From Ignavibacteriota bacterium (GTDB lineage Bacteria; Bacteroidota; Ignavibacteria; UBA10030): a stretch of DNA of 64,000 bases. The stretch's first letter is position 1; each line of letters starts with the position of its first letter. The position numbers and the translations under genes are program-made. Below the pieces are notes generated by a model. That model did not search any database and had not been told where the DNA came from. It saw only the letters and a list, made by a program, of their open reading frames with translations. The stretch spans positions 704,001-768,000 of the forward strand of contig CAVSHO010000009.1 in the NCBI GenBank assembly GCA_963727825.1. The letters are read 5' to 3'. This document shows, one piece after another, positions 50,001-59,464 of the stretch.

Positions 50001-50443
50001 ATTCCCGGCGTTTGACTGAACCCTCTTGCGTACTCTTCACCCACCTGCCTAATAGGATAGTTGATTACACCACTGAACTTGAGGGTGAACGTGACAGTGT
50101 TCACACTCTGCTCCTTGAAGGTCAAAGAATATTTATTCAGAATATAATTTTCAGTCGTAGTGAAATCCTCGCGATCCATCCCTAGACCTTCTGCTTTCAC
50201 ACCGGCCTGATCCAACGCGATAACAACCCCTGGAGTCTCAGAGATTACTGTCAGATTCGAATTGAGAATGAAGTGCATAAGCGGCTTTGTCTGTTCCGCT
50301 GGGATGGTAATCTGATCTGTTACTTCGATGAAATGATTTTCAGGATTCACCGTTGCATTAAGCTTATGATGGATTCCGTTATCTGCATAAGCAAGAGACA
50401 TGGAAAAGAAGAGGACAAGCATTCGTGTACATATTCGAAGCAT
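47069..50443 (-). CDS. Secreted M1-type aminopeptidase + M28 peptidase + PDZ fusion
   Basis: Signal peptide; GYGMP, HELLH...EGL gluzincin; AHYDH, GADDNASG, EEEG, DYHKPTD (M28); SPAAKAGLQKGD (PDZ). Confidence 0.88.
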   Translation of the reverse strand: MLRICTRMLVLFFSMSLAYADNGIHHKLNATVNPENHFIEVTDQITIPAEQTKPLMHFILNSNLTVISETPGVVIALDQAGVKAEGLGMDREDFTTTENYILNKYSLTFKEQSVNTVTFTLKFSGVINYPIRQVGEEYARGFSQTPGIIDAKGVYLAGSTYWIPWFNKELITFELTTTMSDPWEVVSQGKRIFHEIKNGVRVSRWDSPELMEEAYLIAARFKEYALSAGATDVMAFLRTPDEALANKYLETTAQYLEMYRKLIGPYPFTKFALVENFWETGYGMPSFTLLGEQIIRFPFILNSSYPHELLHNYWGNSVYVDFNSGNWCEGLTVYMADHLIAEQRGQGAEYRRTALQNYTDYVNPTNDFPLNKFTSRSNSSSEAIGYGKSMMMWDMLRVLVGDESFVKGFQKFNRDNKFKAASFNSIRLAFEGVTGKDLKPFFDQWVERKGAPELNLSNVQCMESKNSYHLQFTLKQVQNDDAFILDIPVVISYEKKAEIKNVAMTQKEQTFELDLPENPLLVRIDPQFDIFRKLHYNEIPPSLSKIFGSEELLILLPSKADQRSLEYYRGLAKAWANDSTKRIRILLDRELPKLPADENVWIFGMENIYASTVKEGLKEYHAEITAESVRLGNATYKRNMNSYIISVRNPKNPSAVLVLLSTDSKEAAQGLAKKLPHYGKYSYLVFEGNEPTNIEKGEWESSNSPLVARIAPEEKHVYTELPARKALAVLAPVFSAERMLNTVNFLASPELAGRAPGSAGIAKAADYIVEKFKQAGLQPGSDDGSYTQTWDDVVDQKGTKSPVKNIIGIIPGVNQKLSDESVVICAHYDHLGLGWPGGSAGNVGKIHPGADDNASGVAVMLEIAGLLGKTLNPQRTIVFIAFTNEEEGRVGSKYYVNTMKRFPAKKAVGVLNFDAVGRLGAKKLLILSSNSAREWKFIFMGAGYATGVESEMVTQDLDASDERSFIAVGVPGVQFFAGAYEDYHKPTDTPDKIDGAGLVKVATVAREAILYLADREGALTFQGQVVTEAKKPQTNSERKVTTGSMPDFEYSGTGVRIADRSPDSPAAKAGLQKGDVILKIDKYEVTNLREYSDALKNFQPGDIVEVTFSREGINQITQVKLIAR

Positions 50444-50575
50444 ATTTTTTCTCCGTAAGTAATTTTCTTGATTCACCTTTTTTATCCTATTATTCATATT
50501 AAAATAAATCAGTGCAAATCCATTCTCTCACTCTTTCCTGTCTTGCGATAAGAAGGAGAAGATTCGATAAATACC

Positions 50576-51377
50576 TTACTTCATTTTTGAATAATCAAGC
50601 TCGGAACCGAGCAGACTGTGTGGAATGAGGAAAGCAATAAGTGTAATGAGTGCAGCACCGAGAATCCATCGTTTTGGATTTGGAGATCTCTTTAATGCAA
50701 TTGCGGCTGACAATCCAACTGAGAATCGCAACCGCCAATTTATTATCTGTCAGGTCAGTACCAAATGGCCAGCCAGTCCAATAAACATCGAACGCGTACT
50801 TCTGAACAACTGGCCCAAGAACCATTCCGCCCACGAAGAGTAATGTAACGGTCCAATAAGTAAAAGCTGTGTAATGTGGCTCTTTGGCGAATATTTCTAT
50901 TCCAGTGCGCGTAGAAAATAGCATTGCGCCAAAAATGACAATGATATGAAAAATAAGCACCGCATTTGGTACCGCGCCTTTAAATCGAATGATGATTGAT
51001 CCATCTGCGGGGAGCACAACAGTCCGGATTGAATCTTGAAGATATACCCGATACTGAAGTTTTCCTGCCGGCGGCTGCAAAGGAATTTCGGCAGAGAGCA
51101 ATCCATTTTCGTAGTTCATATCGACGCGTGTCCATTCATCGTTTGTCTTGTTCCGTTTCCATTGAGCGAATCCGTGAATACTCGGATCACCTGTACGAAT
51201 TTGTATTCTGTGGTTTCTGATGCTTTCTTCACTTTTTTTCAACTTATAGAGAATTTCCTTTCCGTTCATCGACACGCTTCCGGTTACAGGGTGTGTTGGC
51301 CCGGTCATTCGTTGATAAATTGCCGAGACAGCTGTAATGAGGAATGCGAGAATCCAGAAAAGAAAAGAACGTTTCAT
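50576..51377 (-). CDS. Hypothetical membrane protein, frameshifted near the 3' end
   Basis: Several TM segments, WTGWPFGTDLTDNK; removing one base near 50710 restores a TM helix and the C-terminus IPHSLLGSELDYSKMK* (266 aa). Confidence 0.75.
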
Positions 51378-51832
51378 ATATTATTCCAATAAATTATTTA
51401 AGTGTATTTCAAACCGCGATAACTTTCTGCCGAAATCTTCAATATCGTCTGCTAGTCATTATTAAAACAATTTATGCAAAGTGTTTCGGGAAAAAAATCT
51501 CAAAGAATCAATTTTGACAGTAACTTCAGCTTAACAATCATAAACCGATTTAATCTACCCCTAATAAATGTTTCAATAATAAGTTAGTGATCTCCTTCGG
51601 TATCAGCAAGTTTAAAAGGATAAGAAGTTTTATTTGAGATCAACAACAATTAACGGACATGACATTATTTACTTGATTTTCATATCTCCTTCTAAGTAGA
51701 TCTGAGGGGAATAGACAGATTAGAAGATTTGACCTTTAAAAATAATATTGGGGATATTTTGAATAAAAATTAAAATGTTACTTTATTTAGTTACACAATC
51801 TTGGTAACTTTTTCCCAACTAGGAACGGTGAC

Positions 51833-52195
51833 ATGAATAATAATATACAGAATGCGCGTTTTGATTTCATCGAGTTTCCGGTTAAATTTCTTACTGATCT
51901 ATTAAAGACAAAATCCTTTTATTCAACTGTATTTGGATGGTCATATAAAGATTGGGGCGATGATTATTCGGACACGAAGGACAGTGGATTAGGAAGTGGT
52001 TTGAATGCCGATCCATCACATAAATCTAAAAATCCTCTTGCAGTGATTTATGTAGATGCAATTGAGGTGTCAAAAGAAGCCGTTATTTCTGCAGGTGGGC
52101 AGATTACTCGCGATATATTTTCATTTCCAGGAGGTCGTCGCTTTCATTTTATCGACCCAGCAGGAAATGAACTTGCTGTTTGGTCTGAAAAGTAA
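51833..52195 (+). CDS. VOC/glyoxalase-family protein
   Basis: FIEFP, FYSTVFGW, FPGGRRFHFIDPAGNELAVW. Confidence 0.9.
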   Translation: MNNNIQNARFDFIEFPVKFLTDLLKTKSFYSTVFGWSYKDWGDDYSDTKDSGLGSGLNADPSHKSKNPLAVIYVDAIEVSKEAVISAGGQITRDIFSFPGGRRFHFIDPAGNELAVWSEK

Positions 52196-52377
52196 AGATC
52201 ATAACTGTTATATGGCTTTGATTCAAATTAACGTTTTTATTGTTAAATTTGGATTTTGCAAATCATATGCTGATAGATATATTTAAAACGGATTCTTACA
52301 ATCGTACCGAAGCATGTGATGCCGGCGAAACAACGATTGGTTATTAAACAATAATCATAACAAAGGAGGACATAGTT

Positions 52378-52848
52378 ATGAAGGGCAACGATAAACTTCT
52401 CACAACATTGAACGAACTTTTAGCAGAAGAACTTACTGCTATTAGCCAGTATATGGTGCACTCGGAAATGTACGACAACTGGGGTTATGCAAAACTGCAC
52501 AAGTCGATTGAGAAACAGGCCGTCGATGAAATGAAACATGCTGAATGGCTAATCGGGCGTATTCTTTTCTTAGAAGGCATACCGATTATGTCCAAGCTCA
52601 ATCAAATCAAAATTGGTGCCGATATTCCTGCTATGCTATTGAACGATAGCAATGGAGAACAGACCGCAGTTCAGTTATATAACAAAGCTATCAATCTAGC
52701 GCGCGAAGTTTCTGATGCGGGGACAGCCGATTTATTTACAAAGATTCTTCTTATGGAAGAAGGACACGGCGATTGGCTGGGACAGCAACGTGATCAAATA
52801 GCACAAATTGGAATACAAAATTACTTGGCGAACCAGACGGGTGAATAA
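52378..52848 (+). CDS. bfr: Bacterioferritin
   Basis: MKG start, EELTAISQY, DEMKHA (heme Met), EEGH, IGIQNYL. Confidence 0.95.
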   Translation: MKGNDKLLTTLNELLAEELTAISQYMVHSEMYDNWGYAKLHKSIEKQAVDEMKHAEWLIGRILFLEGIPIMSKLNQIKIGADIPAMLLNDSNGEQTAVQLYNKAINLAREVSDAGTADLFTKILLMEEGHGDWLGQQRDQIAQIGIQNYLANQTGE

Positions 52849-52882
52849 CAACATGCGGATCTTGTTTCGACAATAGAATTTA

Positions 52883-52919
52883 AAAGCGAGTATGGGAGAT
52901 TCTGTGCTCGCTTTATTTT
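52883..52919 (+). terminator. bfr terminator
   Basis: AAAGCGAG...CTCGCTTT stem followed by ATTTT. Confidence 0.6.
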
Positions 52920-52972
52920 GTGCAAGAAAAAACCATTCACCTGTTCACTTTATGAGATAAACTAAATATCCT

Positions 52973-54058
52973 GTGAAACTCTTTACTCCTGATATGAAAA
53001 TGGCTGATGTTATTCACGGAAATTATTTATTAATGCCCGTAATCAATCGTTTTGGTGTATCACTGGGTGTCGGTGAGAAGACGGTGCGTGCAGTTTGTCG
53101 ACAACATAAAATTGATGTCGACTTCTTTTTAACAATTATCAATGCATATTCTCAAGAACATTATTTTCAGGAAAAGAAACTTCAGACGTTCAATGTACTA
53201 ATGATTGTCGATTATCTGCAAAAAACGCATCGATATTATATCGAAGCACAAGTTCCACTAATAGAAAAGCTGCTTAACAACCTGCTCCGCAAAGGCTCTG
53301 TCGATGTAAAGCGGCTTAGGCTCATCAAGAAATTTTTTCTGGAGTATAAGCAAGAGTTATTAAGCCATTTGGAACGGGAAGATGTCACGACCTTTCCTTA
53401 TGTTCGGAAAGTATATCGCCTGTTCAATACTCTTCGTCCCACTGCACAAGAAAAAAGGGCCCTCTCAAAATATTCCATGCACGTATATGAAGAGGAACAT
53501 AATAACGTTGATGAAAAACTCTACGACTTAAAAAATATCCTTATCAAATATATTCACGGCGATTCGATGGAACGGTTGTATCAAGAGGTAATCTTTGAGC
53601 TTTTCCGTCTTGAGAAAGACATTCTCGATCACACACGCATCGAGGATAATATTTTACTCCCGCTTGTGGCTGAAATGGAAGATGCATTGTTTTATCCAGA
53701 GGAACATTCAAAACGTACTGCGGGGAAAAACGCACTTACACAAAAGGCGACAAAAACGCTTGTGACACCCGAAGTAAAACCAAGCGAATCGCCGCAAGCA
53801 TTATATCGGATACCCTCTCATATTTCTAAAACAGGAACACAACAGTTTGAAGAACTCACTAAACGAGAACTTGAAGTTCTTCAACTTGTAGCATGTGGTT
53901 TTTTGAATAAACAAATTGCAGATAAACTTTCCATTAGCCTTCATACTGTTATTTCTCATAGAAAAAATATTACACGTAAACTCCAAATTAAAACTATCGC
54001 CGGGTTGACTGTGTACGCTTTGCTCAATGGATTGATTTCTCCAAAAAACATCACCTGA
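52973..54058 (+). CDS. Hemerythrin/RIC-like di-iron domain fused to a LuxR-type HTH
   Basis: N-terminal ScdA-like segment, THRYY, HLERE, EEEH, HTRIEDNILLP; C-terminal LTKRELEVL...NKQIADKLSISLHTVISHRKN. Confidence 0.88.
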   Translation: MKLFTPDMKMADVIHGNYLLMPVINRFGVSLGVGEKTVRAVCRQHKIDVDFFLTIINAYSQEHYFQEKKLQTFNVLMIVDYLQKTHRYYIEAQVPLIEKLLNNLLRKGSVDVKRLRLIKKFFLEYKQELLSHLEREDVTTFPYVRKVYRLFNTLRPTAQEKRALSKYSMHVYEEEHNNVDEKLYDLKNILIKYIHGDSMERLYQEVIFELFRLEKDILDHTRIEDNILLPLVAEMEDALFYPEEHSKRTAGKNALTQKATKTLVTPEVKPSESPQALYRIPSHISKTGTQQFEELTKRELEVLQLVACGFLNKQIADKLSISLHTVISHRKNITRKLQIKTIAGLTVYALLNGLISPKNIT

Positions 54059-54120
54059 TTATCCTCGCTCTAATTTTGAATTTTAACATCCCACTCTGAT
54101 TCCTTCTAGGGTATTTATAA

Positions 54121-54140
54121 AATCCCTACTAATGGGGATT
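54121..54140. promoter_or_regulatory. 20-bp palindrome upstream of methyltransferase-feoAB
   Basis: AATCCCTA-CTAA-TGGGGATT (one mismatch in 8-bp arms). Confidence 0.5.
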
Positions 54141-54226
54141 GTTTACTTTTCCCCTTCCTTTATCTTACCATGGTGATCTTGGGATAAATTAGATGGCTAT
54201 GCAAATATTAAAAGGGGAATAGAACA

Positions 54227-54814
54227 ATGTCTCGGCTATCAAGAGCAGAATTTCAAGCGATGAATAGTCTTCCCAGAAGGCTATTACAAAAACATTATGA
54301 GCTTCCACGCTTAAAACACATGGGTGCTTGTTTCAATGGAAAAGATATTTTAGAAATCGGATGTGGCTCAGGATACGGAGCTATTTTGATACTGAGGGAT
54401 AAACCACTAAGTTATATCGGAATCGATGTAATGGAAGAACAAATAGCGTTAGCGCAAAAGAGAGAAATCCAAGGTGCAGAATTTCGAATTGAAGATGCAA
54501 CAAATATGCAATCCATCGAAGATGCAAGCAAAGATTTAATTGTGATTTTTGGAGCATTGCATCATATACCAGAATGGCCCGTTGCATTATCGGAGTGTCA
54601 TCGGGTTCTTCGATCTGATGGAGAAATATACTTGGAGGAACCTACTGGGAAATTGTTGGAATTATTTGATGGCAGATGGCTGCATTGGTATCATCCCAAG
54701 GAGGGCCACTTCTCACTTCAAGAATTGACTAGAAGCCTAACGAATACATGTTTTAGAACTCTTAACTTGTCATCATTTTTTGGCATCGGTTTTTATAAGG
54801 CACAACGAATATAA
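54227..54814 (+). CDS. Class I SAM-dependent methyltransferase
   Basis: ILEIGCGSG, GID, LHHI, RVLRSDG. Confidence 0.9.
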   Translation: MSRLSRAEFQAMNSLPRRLLQKHYELPRLKHMGACFNGKDILEIGCGSGYGAILILRDKPLSYIGIDVMEEQIALAQKREIQGAEFRIEDATNMQSIEDASKDLIVIFGALHHIPEWPVALSECHRVLRSDGEIYLEEPTGKLLELFDGRWLHWYHPKEGHFSLQELTRSLTNTCFRTLNLSSFFGIGFYKAQRI

Positions 54815-54877
54815 GAGAATATTTTTGCCATTATTTCACGAAAACGTATTTTTCACAGAATGTTGGGGTAGGCAGAG

Positions 54878-57169
54878 ATGTTGAAACGCAGAAATCCTAT
54901 TGAGTTACCCGAATCCTTCACCGGAGAATCACATGGGGAAACAACTACATTCCCGGTACTAAGTGATCTCGTACCCGGAACACACAGCGTCGTACGTGGA
55001 TTGCGTGGGGGTCAAAAATTCATTAGCCGAATGGCTGCACTTGGTTTTACGTTGAAAGCCGAGGTAGATATTATCCAGAACCTCGGTCATGCAATCATCG
55101 TCGGTGTGCGCGGAACACAAATCGCACTTGGACGCGGTGAAGCTGCTAAAGTATATGTCAATGTACAGAAGGCAACTACTCAAAATAAACCGGTTGCACC
55201 ACCGGGTACAATCCGAGTAGCACTCACAGGGCAGCCGAACGCAGGCAAGTCCACTCTATTCAATTCATTGACCGGACTTACACAGCATGTTGGCAACTGG
55301 CCAGGCAAAACCATTGAGCAAAAGAGCGGCATCTATCAGCATGGGAATATTACGCTACAATTAGTTGACTTACCTGGAACCTACAGCCTGACAGCCAACT
55401 CGTTAGAAGAGCGGATTACACGAGACTATATTCTGACCGAACAACCGGATGTTGTGGTGGATATAGTAGATGCATCTGCACTTGAACGAAATTTGTACTT
55501 GCTTTCCGAGCTGCTTGCGCTACCAACACCTGTTGTACTGGGACTAAACATGATGGATGTTGCGGAAAAGCATGGTATTAGGATAGAACCTCATGTTCTA
55601 GAAGCTGCTTTGGGTTTGCCGGTTGTACCATTGGTTGCCACGAGAAATCAAGGTATTCAAGAACTTGTCCAGGCGGTCAAACAGGTTGCGCGTCAAAAAC
55701 AAAGCTATTCCCCGCATCGCCCTGAAATCCGTCTCGATCACAAAGCGGTGCTCGTCCAGCTTCGCCAAATCATTGCAGACAAAACACCTGCACCTTATCC
55801 ACCTGATTGGGTAGCGCTCAAGCTTCTTGAAGGAGATGAACAGATCACGCAAATAGTGCGCGAAAGTCTTGGTAATGCTGACTGGGTGCAGGTGCATGAA
55901 ATTCTTAAAGCGCACGAAGATGCCGTGCTGGCCATTGCTGGTGGCAGGTACGAATGGATAGAACGCATGGTGCGTGCAGCCGTAACGCGGCCTCGCGCCG
56001 GACAAATCACGGTGACAGAGCGAGTGGACCGAATTGCAACTCATCCTGTGTGGGGGTTTATGTTACTTCTAGGAATATTAGGATTGATCTTCGGGTTCAC
56101 ATTTGGTGTTGGGGCACCGTTGCAGAGATGGATGAACGAAGACCTGATCCAAACTGGAGCGGCAGCCCTGCGCATGAAACTTTCCGGTGCTCCTTGGTGG
56201 GTTACAGGTCTGTTGACCGATGGCATTATTACAGGGGCAGGAATGGTTTTCACTTTTTTGCCGATTCTTTTAATTTTCTTTACTGCGCTCGGGTTTTTCG
56301 AAGATGTAGGATATATGGCGCGAGCCGCTTATGTTATGGATCGCTTTATGCATTGGATGGGGTTGCATGGTAAATCGTTCTTGCCGCTTTGCATTGGCTG
56401 CGGTTGCAACGTACCGGGCGTATTGTGCACTCGTATTATTGATTCATCCCGTGCTCGATTGTTAACTATTCTGTTAATGCCCCTAGTACCTTGCACAGCT
56501 CGCTTTACGCTACTGGCTGTGCTCACACCTTTATTCTTTGGTCCTGCAGCGGTGTGGGTATCTGTCGGTGTAATAGGATTAAATTTACTTTTATTGATAG
56601 GAATAGGTTATGCTCTCCATGAACTAGTGCTTGGAGGAGAACATGTCGCCTTCATCATGGAGATGCCTCTCTATCATTTGCCGAACATACGCACTATTAG
56701 TTTATCTGTTTGGCAACGCACGTTGGAGTTTTTAAAAAAGGCCGGGGGCATTATCGTTGTCGCCTCTATAGTAATCTGGATTTTTTCAATCCTACCCGAA
56801 GGTAATCTGGAATCAAGTTACTTAGCGAATATCGGAAGATTCCTTGCTCCATTCGGGTCATTGATGGGTTTAGATTGGCATATGATAGTAGCGCTACTAT
56901 CCAGCGTAGTCGCCAAAGAAAATACAATTGTGACATTGGGAATTCTCTATCATGGAACTGGCTTGAATGCTCTTGGCGCTATTATAACACCTGCGGCAGC
57001 TTTAGCTTTCCTGGTCATTCAGGTGACATTTATCCCGTGTGTGGCAACCATAACAGCGATACGTCAAGAGACGCGCTCGTGGCGTTGGACGGTATTCATC
57101 GTATCACTTTTACTTGTTATATCGTTGATGACAGGTGTGTTGGTATACCAGATAGGACGCTTGCTATAA
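54878..57169 (+). CDS. feoB: FeoA-FeoB fusion ferrous iron transporter
   Basis: N-terminal FeoA-like RMAALGF...IALGRGEA; GQPNAGKS, GNWPGKT, DLPG, NMMD; GCNVP, PCTAR, AKE, PCVAT. Confidence 0.95.
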   Translation: MLKRRNPIELPESFTGESHGETTTFPVLSDLVPGTHSVVRGLRGGQKFISRMAALGFTLKAEVDIIQNLGHAIIVGVRGTQIALGRGEAAKVYVNVQKATTQNKPVAPPGTIRVALTGQPNAGKSTLFNSLTGLTQHVGNWPGKTIEQKSGIYQHGNITLQLVDLPGTYSLTANSLEERITRDYILTEQPDVVVDIVDASALERNLYLLSELLALPTPVVLGLNMMDVAEKHGIRIEPHVLEAALGLPVVPLVATRNQGIQELVQAVKQVARQKQSYSPHRPEIRLDHKAVLVQLRQIIADKTPAPYPPDWVALKLLEGDEQITQIVRESLGNADWVQVHEILKAHEDAVLAIAGGRYEWIERMVRAAVTRPRAGQITVTERVDRIATHPVWGFMLLLGILGLIFGFTFGVGAPLQRWMNEDLIQTGAAALRMKLSGAPWWVTGLLTDGIITGAGMVFTFLPILLIFFTALGFFEDVGYMARAAYVMDRFMHWMGLHGKSFLPLCIGCGCNVPGVLCTRIIDSSRARLLTILLMPLVPCTARFTLLAVLTPLFFGPAAVWVSVGVIGLNLLLLIGIGYALHELVLGGEHVAFIMEMPLYHLPNIRTISLSVWQRTLEFLKKAGGIIVVASIVIWIFSILPEGNLESSYLANIGRFLAPFGSLMGLDWHMIVALLSSVVAKENTIVTLGILYHGTGLNALGAIITPAAALAFLVIQVTFIPCVATITAIRQETRSWRWTVFIVSLLLVISLMTGVLVYQIGRLL

Positions 57170-57372
57170 AATTGATCCTTCGAGAATGATTGTTGCTTTA
57201 GCTTTTAAACTTACGGCTAAAGCCAGTGGTGGGAGCAGTGAATATCCTCTCGAACAATTTGCTGATAGATTCTTTTTCGAAGCCCCACCATCAAATTCAG
57301 TATGCTATATTTCAAATCCTGCCTCAATTAGAACTGTACGAAGTTCATCTTCCATCGCAGCGTAAGCAACTC

Positions 57373-58095
57373 CTAATGAGGGATCTCGCTCAGTGATCTC
57401 GCAAAGAAATTACTAAGCAGACACTGTTCTGCATTTTTGCAATTTTGAAATTCACAAAGCTCGTTTCCGTATAAGACTAGAAAGCGGCTACAAGTACGAG
57501 ACGCAAATTCGACATCATGAGTCGCAATAACAATTGAAGATGCAACAGAGCGCAACAGATTTGCCAGTGACAATTTTCCGCGTGGGTCAAGCGCCGATGA
57601 CGGTTCATCAAGCAGCATCACCGAAGGATTGGTGACCAACGCACCTGCTAGTGCGATTCGCTGGCGCTGACCGTGGGAAAGTTGAAATGGTGAACACCCT
57701 GCGATGTCCGATACGCCCAATGCCGCAAGCACAGACATGGCTTTTTCATGCGCTATTTTCGACGGTGTTCCTTTACGAATCAGGCTATATGCAACGTCAT
57801 CAATTACACGGGGAAACAGAATTTGATCTTCGGGAATATTGAAAAGGAACCCTGTCCGGTCACGTGCTTCCTGAAGGCTCTTTTTTTCAATAGGAATCCC
57901 ATCGATGAAAATAGACCCGGTGAAGGGCACCAGCCCTACTGCAGCGAGCAGTAATGTCGTTTTCCCTGACCCGTTGAGACCGAATAACGCCACTCTTTCA
58001 TCGTGATGAACATGAAAGGAAACATTGCTGATAGTATTCTTAGAATTTCCAGGATATCGGATGGTCACTGATTTAAATTCAAGTACTGGGTTCAT
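57373..58095 (-). CDS. ECF transporter ATPase (CbiO/NikO/EcfA-like)
   Basis: GLNGSGKT, PEDQILFP, LSHGQRQR, LDEP, THD. Confidence 0.9.
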   Translation of the reverse strand: MNPVLEFKSVTIRYPGNSKNTISNVSFHVHHDERVALFGLNGSGKTTLLLAAVGLVPFTGSIFIDGIPIEKKSLQEARDRTGFLFNIPEDQILFPRVIDDVAYSLIRKGTPSKIAHEKAMSVLAALGVSDIAGCSPFQLSHGQRQRIALAGALVTNPSVMLLDEPSSALDPRGKLSLANLLRSVASSIVIATHDVEFASRTCSRFLVLYGNELCEFQNCKNAEQCLLSNFFARSLSEIPH

Positions 58096-58841
58096 GCTAT
58101 AATTCTCAACCTCATAAGAATAGATGCTATGAGAACAACAGAAGCACAGATGATCGTCAGTACGTCGGCAATCGTCAATTTAATATTCTCACCTGAAGTT
58201 ACTGCCTCAACTCCATACCCTCGAACTGTCATTGCCGCTGCGGTTCGTTCTGCACGAAACATAATTCTCACCATCCACACAATTGGAAAAGAAAACAGAA
58301 CCCTTGTGCCTCGTACTCCTGATGCGCCTCTCAATCGAAGCACACCGATAATGCGCAACGTTTCTTCCATTAGAAGCATGGTTTGATTGATTAGCTGGAC
58401 TATTAAGATAATAAATGTCCTGGGAATTGGAATGTTTGCGAACCCCCGATGCACGTCTTGAATTGCAAGAATAGTAATCGTCGATGCGGCAATAAAAAGA
58501 ACGCATGTGCTGCGAAGTGCAATAGCTCCTGCCTGTGCAAAGCGGTCAACCATCGGTGCTGTCATAGACGAATCAACTGTCATCCAGGGGGTCAATAAAA
58601 AAAAGGGAAAGAAAAGAATGAGAGAGACAATAATACATCGGAAAAACATTTTTACCGGCATTGCCGCTAGCAAACACCAGCAGGTTGTGGAAATGATCAT
58701 GAGGGCTATACCAGTTATAGATTGCAACGGAATCAGTAAACAGCTACTGCCAAGCAGAATTCCCGAAAGAATTTTAATATGCGCGTACAGAGATTTCAGA
58801 GGACCCTTTCCACACCCCCAGAATGTAAAACCATCTTTCAT
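58092..58841 (-). CDS. ECF transporter T component (CbiQ/EcfT-like)
   Basis: TM helices followed by coupling motifs LRLRG and RAERTAAAMTVRGY. Confidence 0.88.
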   Translation of the reverse strand: MKDGFTFWGCGKGPLKSLYAHIKILSGILLGSSCLLIPLQSITGIALMIISTTCWCLLAAMPVKMFFRCIIVSLILFFPFFLLTPWMTVDSSMTAPMVDRFAQAGAIALRSTCVLFIAASTITILAIQDVHRGFANIPIPRTFIILIVQLINQTMLLMEETLRIIGVLRLRGASGVRGTRVLFSFPIVWMVRIMFRAERTAAAMTVRGYGVEAVTSGENIKLTIADVLTIICASVVLIASILMRLRIIA

Positions 58842-58843
58842 AA

Positions 58844-59464
58844 TCAAACCTTACGCGCTGATATTAGATATCCTGAATCATCGTCCAGTGTTTCTTCGAT
58901 GATAAAGCCGGATTGTTCAAGTAACACTGCAGTTAGAGATGCCGGTACTAGCATATGATTACTTATGACCTTGGAAGCTCCTGCGTGAGTCTTGTTTATT
59001 GTTTCACGTGATCTCAAATGCCAGATATGGAGTTTGCCGCTGGGTTTGAGCATACTCTGGAATAATTTTGCCGCTATTCCAGAATTTTCCAAGTGTGGCC
59101 AGACCGAATAGCAGATCACTCTATCAAATACATTTTTAAATGTAGTCATGTTCTCGACCGAATCACATACCCATTTAACGCGCAAATCATTTATTTTCGT
59201 TTGTGCAATTTCGATCATCCGGCTGGATATATCAACGGCAGTAATTCTGCCTGCTTGTGATAATTGACAAAGAATTGCAGCTGTTAAATTCCCGGTACCA
59301 CAGCCGACATCGAGTACATGCTCATCGGGACGAAGACCAAATCGCTTGAGTCCATTATCAAATTGAACTTCAAGCGAATTAAGATTTTCCCATGAATCCC
59401 ATTTCGGAGCGATAGAATCAAAATATGCGGCAATTGTTTGTTTAGAACTATCACACATCTTCAT
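58844..59464 (-). CDS. Class I SAM-dependent methyltransferase embedded in the ECF operon
   Basis: YFDSIAPKWD, VLDVGCGTG, VDIS, CYSVWPH, LKPSG. Confidence 0.9.
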   Translation of the reverse strand: MKMCDSSKQTIAAYFDSIAPKWDSWENLNSLEVQFDNGLKRFGLRPDEHVLDVGCGTGNLTAAILCQLSQAGRITAVDISSRMIEIAQTKINDLRVKWVCDSVENMTTFKNVFDRVICYSVWPHLENSGIAAKLFQSMLKPSGKLHIWHLRSRETINKTHAGASKVISNHMLVPASLTAVLLEQSGFIIEETLDDDSGYLISARKV

